From contig JAQCIU010000007.1 of NCBI GenBank assembly GCA_027593235.1, positions 32,001 to 96,000 on the forward strand: a stretch of 64,000 nucleotides of DNA. Reading direction: 5' to 3'. Shown here one piece after another: positions 58,177 to 64,000 of the stretch; position 1 is the first letter of the stretch, and each line of letters begins with the position of its first letter. Below the pieces are notes generated by a model, which was not told the DNA's origin, searched no databases, and saw nothing but the letters and a program-made list of their open reading frames with translations. The translations under genes were made by a program, and so were the position numbers. The DNA is from Chloroflexota bacterium. Its GTDB lineage: Bacteria > Chloroflexota > Dehalococcoidia > UBA2979.

Positions 58177-59193
58177 CTAGTTGGCCCCGAGGCGCTCCAG
58201 CAACCCGTCCTCGAAGCTGAAGTCGAACGCGCGAGTCTGGTCGAGGCCTTCGCGTCGGAACCACTCGTAGGTCTGCTCGACCGCGGCCCGGAACCCGTAT
58301 TCCGGCTCCCAGCCGATATCGCCTCGAAGGCGATCGACGCTGAAGAAGACGCTCGAGTTCCAGCGGTGAATATGCGGCGCGACCTTCTGGATCAGCACGG
58401 CCGCCCCGCTGACGGTCTTCGCGTCGCCGTCCCACAGTTCGTCCATCACTGCCGGCGGTACGTACACCCGCTCCGGCTCCACGCCGACCACCTCCGCAAA
58501 CGTGTCGAGGTATCCATCGTCGGTGTAGCTATCGAGCCCGGTCAGGTTGTAGCGCTTCCCGAAGGTAACCGGGTTGCCCATCATCATCCGCAGCGCGCGC
58601 GCCTCGTCATCGACGTGCCCCACCATCCCGACGGTGGTGCCGTCGCCCGGCACCAACACCGGCCGGCCGAGGAGCAAGCGCTGGAACATGCGCTGTTCGC
58701 GGTCCGGGATGATGTTGTTCGGCCCGAACACCATCGAGAACGGCACGCTCGTCGCCGGGAACCGCTCCTGCCGGTACAGCCGGAACAGGTAGTCCTCGCA
58801 GATCAGCTTGTTGCGTGCGTACTCGCTCTGCCGCGGCGTCGCGTCGGTCGCCGAGGTCTCGCGAATCGGCAGCAGCCGCGTCGCGGCGTAGCTGACCGTC
58901 GAGCTGGCAAAGATGTAGTGCCCGACCCGCCCCTTCAGGATCTCCACCAGCATCCGCACCTGTTCGAGGTTGTAGCCACTGATGTCCTGCACGCAGTCGA
59001 ACTCGTCGTCGCCAAGGGCGGCCCGCAGCGAGTCCGCGTCGTTCCGATCGGCGGTCAGGCGCCGTACGCCGCGCGGAATCGCCGCCTCGGTGACACCTCG
59101 GTTGAGGATCGTCACCTCGTGGCCCTGCCGGTGCAGCTCGTGCACCAGCGCCAGCCCGTTGAATCGCGTCCCGCCCATCACGAGGACCTTCAT
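58177..59193 (-). CDS. NAD-dependent epimerase/dehydratase family protein
   Basis: MKVLVMGGTRFNG, YARNK. Confidence 0.88.
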   Translation of the reverse strand: MKVLVMGGTRFNGLALVHELHRQGHEVTILNRGVTEAAIPRGVRRLTADRNDADSLRAALGDDEFDCVQDISGYNLEQVRMLVEILKGRVGHYIFASSTVSYAATRLLPIRETSATDATPRQSEYARNKLICEDYLFRLYRQERFPATSVPFSMVFGPNNIIPDREQRMFQRLLLGRPVLVPGDGTTVGMVGHVDDEARALRMMMGNPVTFGKRYNLTGLDSYTDDGYLDTFAEVVGVEPERVYVPPAVMDELWDGDAKTVSGAAVLIQKVAPHIHRWNSSVFFSVDRLRGDIGWEPEYGFRAAVEQTYEWFRREGLDQTRAFDFSFEDGLLERLGAN

Positions 59194-59254
59194 GGTGTGT
59201 GTCTCCCGGTCGCCGTTCGTGCCGTTCAGCGGTCGCCCGTGTGGGTGGGCAACA

Positions 59255-59351
59255 TGGCGGGAGTGCGTGGGGGTCGAACCCACCCAGGACTACGACGTAG
59301 CCCCGCAACGGTTTTGAAGACCGCGCGCAACACCGGTCACGATCCACTCCC
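59255..59351 (-). tRNA. selC: tRNA-Sec (UCA)
   Basis: 97 nt; anticodon loop CT-TCA-AA; 6-bp D stem with 4-nt loop; long variable arm; G73 and CCA. Confidence 0.95.
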
Positions 59352-59574
59352 ACGCGCATCCTAGCGAACCGATCGAGGAGCGCGTCGCACCGGCTCGTTG
59401 CGCGAACGTCGCGACGCCCTCCGCGAATCCGGCGCGACATGCGCCCATGAGCGCTGATGCCACACCTCAAAGGCCGGCGGCTACGGCCGCGAACTCGACA
59501 ATGTCATCTCGCTGACAGTCGAAGCACGCGGTAAAATGTAGAATTCGCCCCGGGACCGGTGGGGGGTATCGGTA

Positions 59575-60252
59575 GTGGCCACAGGAAACCAGATACTCGA
59601 CGCGCTCCCTGGCGAGGAGAGCCAGCGATTGCTCCGTGATTGCACGGAGGTAACCATCGCCTTCGGTGAGGTCATCCAGGCGTCCGGACAGACACTCACC
59701 CATATCTACCTCCCAACGACCGCCGTGATCGCCCTCCTGGCAGTCGCGCCGGGCAGCGGGTCCGTCGCTGCGGCGATCGCCTCGAAGCAGGGTGCGGCGG
59801 GTATCTGCGGCCTGTACGGGCGTGCTGAGTCGCCATGGCAGATGGTGACCCAACTCCCAGGGGGTGCATTCCGCATCCCGGTTGGGCTGTTCGAGACCCA
59901 CCTGCAGCGCAGCCCCAGCCTGGCCGCCATCGCAAGACGCAACATGGGATTGTTGATCGGGGCGGTGGCGGAGACTGCGGTTTGCGGCCGTCTGCACACG
60001 TTGGAGCAGCGGTCTGCGCGCTGGTTGACCGCTGTCGATGAACTCGCCGAGAGCCGTCCCTTCCCGGCCACCGGGGAGCTACTGGCCCAGGTTCTAGGCG
60101 CTCGTCGACCAAGCGTGTCCGCCGTCCTGTCCAACTTCGTGACGCGAGAACTGCTCGCGCGTGAAGATCTCAGGATGCTGCGTGTGCGTGATCGCGATGC
60201 CCTGAACGCGCTCGCATGCGATCGAGGCCGCTTGATGCTCATCTGGCGCTGA
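59575..60252 (+). CDS. Crp/Fnr-family transcriptional regulator
   Basis: cNMP-like domain; HTLEQRSARWL; LAQVLGARRPSVS HTH. Confidence 0.85.
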   Translation: MATGNQILDALPGEESQRLLRDCTEVTIAFGEVIQASGQTLTHIYLPTTAVIALLAVAPGSGSVAAAIASKQGAAGICGLYGRAESPWQMVTQLPGGAFRIPVGLFETHLQRSPSLAAIARRNMGLLIGAVAETAVCGRLHTLEQRSARWLTAVDELAESRPFPATGELLAQVLGARRPSVSAVLSNFVTRELLAREDLRMLRVRDRDALNALACDRGRLMLIWR

Positions 60253-60420
60253 TCCGCCACGCCTCGGCCGGACCGGCGCCGCATGCGGGAGCGGCGATCC
60301 ATCGCACGAGGTCCGACCGGCGCCCGCCCCGTAGCCCGGCACACACCCTCACCCGCGCCCGCTCCGCTACGATGGCGCCACGCACAACGGCGCATTCGCG
60401 CCGGACGGACGGGAGCAGCG

Positions 60421-60936
60421 GTGACGATCGACCGCCCATCGGAAGAGGACCTCGCGCAGGCCTCGCCCGAGAACATCGCCAAGATGACGAAGTTCGTGGA
60501 GAACTTCGCCAACAAGAGCGGCAGCTATCTCCACCCGCAACGCGAGATCACGGACTTCCTGGTGATCGGCCTCGCCAAGAACATTGACGAAGTCGGCAAG
60601 CCACTCTGTCCCTGCATGTTCTTCCAGGACAAGCAGGAGGAGATCGACAAGAAGTTTTGGATCTGCCCCTGCGAGGAGATGCAGCGCTGGAAGTATTGCC
60701 ACTGACTACTCTTCTGCGACGAGGAAGGTCTTCCCGTCACCGAACACCTGCCAGAGGACCACGAGGGCCGCGAAGCTTACGGCCTGCGCGCGGATACGCA
60801 CCCTGACAAGGGTCGCGCCCTGACGCGCCTCGAGGAAAAACAGGGACGCCGCCTCGAGAAGGGCGTGCGTGCCGACGAAAGCGAGGCTCCACCACGAGGT
60901 GGCGGCGCCACCGACGAGCCGCGCAACGTGATCTAG
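60421..60936 (+). CDS. Ferredoxin:thioredoxin reductase catalytic subunit, selenoprotein (Sec at TGA 60703-60705, residue 95 of 171)
   Basis: CPC...CPC...CH(TGA)LLF; frame stays open for 76 codons to TAG; SECIS-like hairpin follows the TGA. Confidence 0.88.
60718..60738 (+). promoter_or_regulatory. Bacterial SECIS element
   Basis: GACG-A-GGAA-GGUC-UUCC-CGUC starting 12 nt after UGA; apical GGU and one bulged base. Confidence 0.8.
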
Positions 60937-60960
60937 CGCTCGTCGCTCGATCAGTACGAG

Positions 60961-60993
60961 ACAGGGGCAGCCCGACGGGCTGCCCCTGTTGTT
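60961..60993 (+). terminator. Intrinsic terminator after the FTR gene
   Basis: ACAGGGGCAGCCC-GAC-GGGCTGCCCCTGT then TGTT; 24 nt after the read-through TAG. Confidence 0.75.
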
Positions 60994-61014
60994 GTCTCGG
61001 GCACCGTCGCCGCG

Positions 61015-62058
61015 TCAGGCCCCGTCGGGCCGGCTCCCCAGGATCAGCCGATCGGCGATCTCCCGCCGCCATCGCTCGTCCGCGAACCGGCGGAGGTGCC
61101 GGTCTGTCTCTTCGAGGAACGGCGCAACACGCTCGTTGCCTTCCAGGAAGTACGCCGCGTACACCCAGGTCCCGTGTAGCCGCGTCTGCCACCACAGCTC
61201 GATGCCCTCGCGGCACTCCTCCTCGCTCAGCGTGACGTGCCGGCGGAAGCCTCGGAGGTAATGCGCCAGCAGATCGGTCTCCAACACCTGCGAGAAGCTG
61301 AGGGCGCGGACCAGCTCCCAGATCCGCGCCGCAGCCCGCGTCAGCTCCCAGTCCACCACCGCTACGACCGCGTCCTCGGCGCCTAGCAGCACCTGCTGAT
61401 CGTGAAAGTCGCCATGCAAGAGCTGACACGGCAGCTCGCCGATCGAGTCAATCGGCCGCGCCGCGCCGTTCTCCAGTAGCTCGCGCTGGAACCGCAATGC
61501 CTCCAGCACCGCCCGAGGCACACGAGGCGTGCGATCCGCCGAGGCGCGCGCCTCCACCTCGGCCAGCACCGCCAGCGAGCGCGCGGTGTTCCACGCGATC
61601 TCGCCGCTCAGCGTCGCCCAGTTCGCGCCCGGCGAACCCGGGTGCTCGGCCAGCGCCTGCTGCGTCCGCCCATGTATCGTGCCGATCGATTCCGCCTCGC
61701 TCGCCGTGATCGCGCCGCGGACGGGCATGCGACCGAGGACCCACGGGAACAACGACCAGCGCTCCGCACCGACCTCGATCACCGTCTCGCCGCCGGCGAG
61801 CGATCGAGGTGCAATCGCCGGGATTCCACGATCGGCGACCCAGCGCGTGATCGCGTGCTCGTGGCGGATCCGCTCGGCCGGCAGCTCTGGCCGGTAGCAG
61901 CGCGCGAAGACGGCGCCGCCCTCGATTGGCACGCGGAAATTGCGGTTCAGCGTGCCGGCGCTTACCCGCTCGGCTGGTCCCGCCGCGCGCAACCCGTGCG
62001 CGGTCAGCACCACCTCGAGGGCCGCGCGCTCGGACTCGGACGGCTCGGTCGACTGCAT
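61015..62058 (-). CDS. APH / homoserine kinase type II-like phosphotransferase
   Basis: GTLNRNF, LLHGDFH, VVDWE. Confidence 0.82.
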   Translation of the reverse strand: MQSTEPSESERAALEVVLTAHGLRAAGPAERVSAGTLNRNFRVPIEGGAVFARCYRPELPAERIRHEHAITRWVADRGIPAIAPRSLAGGETVIEVGAERWSLFPWVLGRMPVRGAITASEAESIGTIHGRTQQALAEHPGSPGANWATLSGEIAWNTARSLAVLAEVEARASADRTPRVPRAVLEALRFQRELLENGAARPIDSIGELPCQLLHGDFHDQQVLLGAEDAVVAVVDWELTRAAARIWELVRALSFSQVLETDLLAHYLRGFRRHVTLSEEECREGIELWWQTRLHGTWVYAAYFLEGNERVAPFLEETDRHLRRFADERWRREIADRLILGSRPDGA

Positions 62059-62112
62059 CGCGCTCCCTCGTCGACGAGCGTAGGCGCGGCGCGGGCTAGC
62101 GGGCACACGCAA

Positions 62113-62140
62113 GAAGGGCTGCCCTCGCGGGCAGCCCTTC
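62113..62140 (-). terminator. Hairpin terminator after trxA
   Basis: GAAGGGCTGCCC-TCGC-GGGCAGCCCTTC. Confidence 0.7.
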
Positions 62141-62166
62141 TGTTCAGTTCGATCGAGGGACGCGCG

Positions 62167-62496
62167 TTACGCGACGACTACCTCGTCCAGGTGCTTCGCC
62201 AGGTCGCTCTTCGGGCGGAACCCGACGACCTGACCAACCGCCTCGCCACCCTTGAAGATGAGCAGGGTCGGGATCGAACGGATCCCGTACTTGCCGGCGA
62301 CCACCGGGTTCTCGTCCGTGTTCAGCTTCACGAACTTCACCTTGCCGTCGTAGTCGTCAGAAAGCTCCTCGACGACCGGCGCGACCATGCGACACGGGCC
62401 GCACCACGGTGCCCAGAAATCGACCAGTACTGGCAGGTCTGACTGCAGCACGTCGGCGTCGAAGGTGCTGTCGCTCGTATCAGTTGGGTGTGCCAT
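62167..62496 (-). CDS. trxA: Thioredoxin
   Basis: [15 protein letters not shown]. Confidence 0.97.
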   Translation of the reverse strand: MAHPTDTSDSTFDADVLQSDLPVLVDFWAPWCGPCRMVAPVVEELSDDYDGKVKFVKLNTDENPVVAGKYGIRSIPTLLIFKGGEAVGQVVGFRPKSDLAKHLDEVVVA

Positions 62497-62555
62497 CGCC
62501 CATCCTTCCCATTCAGGGGTTCATGCGGCAGATAATCGAAAATCGGTGTCATTCA

Positions 62556-62610
62556 TTGACATTTCCGCATCGCCGGTCTAAATTCTATATACCCCCATGG
62601 GGTATGTCAA
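62556..62610. promoter_or_regulatory. Overlapping opposite-strand sigma70 promoters with a CsoR-type operator (62589-62605)
   Basis: Minus: TTGACA-N17-TAGAAT; plus: TTGACA-N17-TAAATT; palindrome ATACCCC-CAT-GGGGTAT. Confidence 0.8.
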
Positions 62611-62691
62611 CCCCGTTCGAACCGGGCGCGACACAGCCCCCACACGATCCTTCGCGGATCGGGCCGAGCACGGCCCGGGGCATTGAGAGGT

Positions 62692-63024
62692 ATGACGATG
62701 AGCGATCAGCCCACCACCGAGCAGATCCGCGCACGGCTCCGTCGCATCGAGGGGCAGGTCCGCGGCATCAGCAAGATGCTGGAGGATCGGCGCTCCTGCG
62801 AGGATCTGATCACCCAGCTCATGGCTGTCCGCTCCAGTATCGACACCGTCGGCGCGCTCGTGCTCGACGATCACCTGGGCGCCTGCCTGGATGGTGCGGC
62901 CGACCCCGTCGGGTCGTTGCGCGACTCTATGCGGCTATGGTGGCGTTTCGCCCCGGCAGCCGGCGCCATGGGCGCGGACCCGACCGAGGCCGGCGCGCAA
63001 TCACCTGTTCCGGAGTACGAGTAA
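62692..63024 (+). CDS. CsoR/RcnR-family repressor
   Basis: RLRRIEGQVRGI, Cys in RSCEDL, His and Cys in DHLGAC. Confidence 0.9.
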   Translation: MTMSDQPTTEQIRARLRRIEGQVRGISKMLEDRRSCEDLITQLMAVRSSIDTVGALVLDDHLGACLDGAADPVGSLRDSMRLWWRFAPAAGAMGADPTEAGAQSPVPEYE

Positions 63025-63069
63025 CCCTGGCGAAGGCCTGATCTGGCGCGCCTCCGCGGTCGCTGCCGG

Positions 63070-64000
63070 CTAGTCCGCGACTACCGTCGGCTCCATCGCC
63101 GCGACCACATCCGCATCGGTCTCCAGCGCCTCGTGGTCGGCGCTGATCGCCGCCCGCACCTGATCCAGCACCCCGAGGCGATCGGCCTCGTCCGCCGCGC
63201 GGATCGCGTTGGCGATCGCCTCCGCGTCGCTGCGGCCGTGGCCGATGAAGACCTTGCCGTTCACCCCCAGCAGCGGCACCGCGCCGTAGCGACGGTAGTC
63301 CAGCCGATCGCGTACCTCGCGCAGCGACGGGCGCAGCAACGCGCCACCGATCCGCCCGCGCAGCGAACGGCCCGCTTCGCGCCGCATCGCCTCGAACATC
63401 ATCTGGACGGTGCCTTCCATCAGCTTCAGGGTGGTGTTCCCGGTGAAACCGTCGGTCACGATCACCTGGTACTCGCCCGTGCTGACGTCTCGCCCCTCCA
63501 TGTTCCCGACGAAGTTGATCTGCGGCACCGCGCGCAGCAGCGCGTGCGCCTCCACGATCAACGAGGAGCCTTTCGACGCCTCCTCGCCGATCGACAGCAG
63601 ACCGACGCGCGGGTGCTCGTAGCCGTACATCGCCCGCATGTAGGCGGAGCCCATCTCGCCGAACTGGCGCAGGTGGTTCGGGCGCGCCTCGGCGTTCGCG
63701 CCGCCGTCGATCAGCAGCGTCGGTCCGCCCGGCGTCGGCAGCATCACCGCAAGGCCGGGCCGCTCTACGCCGGGGATCCGGCCGAGCGCGAGTAACGCGC
63801 CCGCCAGCATCGCGCCGGTGTTGCCCATCGACACGAATGCCTGCGCCTCGCCGCTCTTCACCAGCTCCATGCCGACCCAGATCGAAGAGTCGCGACGGCG
63901 GCGCACCTCGCGCGCCACCTGCTCGCCCATCCCAATCGCGTCGGCCGCGTGCGCAATCCGCAACGTCGAGGGCGTTCCGCCCTGACTCTCGATCTCCCGT
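63070..64000 (-). CDS. plsX: Phosphate acyltransferase PlsX, 5'-partial
   Basis: GNTGA, RPGLA, GEEASKG, DGFTGN, LLGVNG, GHGRS. Confidence 0.95.
   Translation of the reverse strand, partial: REIESQGGTPSTLRIAHAADAIGMGEQVAREVRRRRDSSIWVGMELVKSGEAQAFVSMGNTGAMLAGALLALGRIPGVERPGLAVMLPTPGGPTLLIDGGANAEARPNHLRQFGEMGSAYMRAMYGYEHPRVGLLSIGEEASKGSSLIVEAHALLRAVPQINFVGNMEGRDVSTGEYQVIVTDGFTGNTTLKLMEGTVQMMFEAMRREAGRSLRGRIGGALLRPSLREVRDRLDYRRYGAVPLLGVNGKVFIGHGRSDAEAIANAIRAADEADRLGVLDQVRAAISADHEALETDADVVAAMEPTVVAD

Noticed and set aside
60961-62140. Kinase gene as a mobile cassette bounded by GGGCAGCCC/GGGCTGCCC hairpins
   Set aside because: Arm order differs between the two hairpins, and each is adequately explained as the terminator of FTR or trxA.

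Overview
High-GC bacterial chromosome segment. Taxonomy is inferred as Chloroflexota, probably Dehalococcoidia, from GAAC-N4-GT(T/A)C-type LexA boxes, F420 genes, a cobT-cobS-cobU salvage cluster and dispersed flagellar genes with csrA-fliW. It carries about 60 CDS, tRNA-His and tRNA-Sec, and no transposase, integrase or CRISPR array. The main signals missed by the ORF track are: (1) a selenocysteine-containing ferredoxin:thioredoxin reductase (CPC-CPC-CHU) with an fdhF-like SECIS, lying between tRNA-Sec and a thioredoxin gene that has a CsoR-type operator; (2) a c-di-AMP riboswitch ahead of a small Zn-ribbon gene and fliW-csrA, with a sigma28 promoter and CsrA sites on flagellin and a DarA-type c-di-AMP receptor in the same window; (3) an MshC-like CysRS paralog with a probable CUG start; (4) a family of TTCG-loop palindromic repeats sitting on stop codons between 29 and 40.5 kb; (5) three broken genes (fliW, fliD, mgtE). 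All calls are by eye from the sequence; no searches were run.
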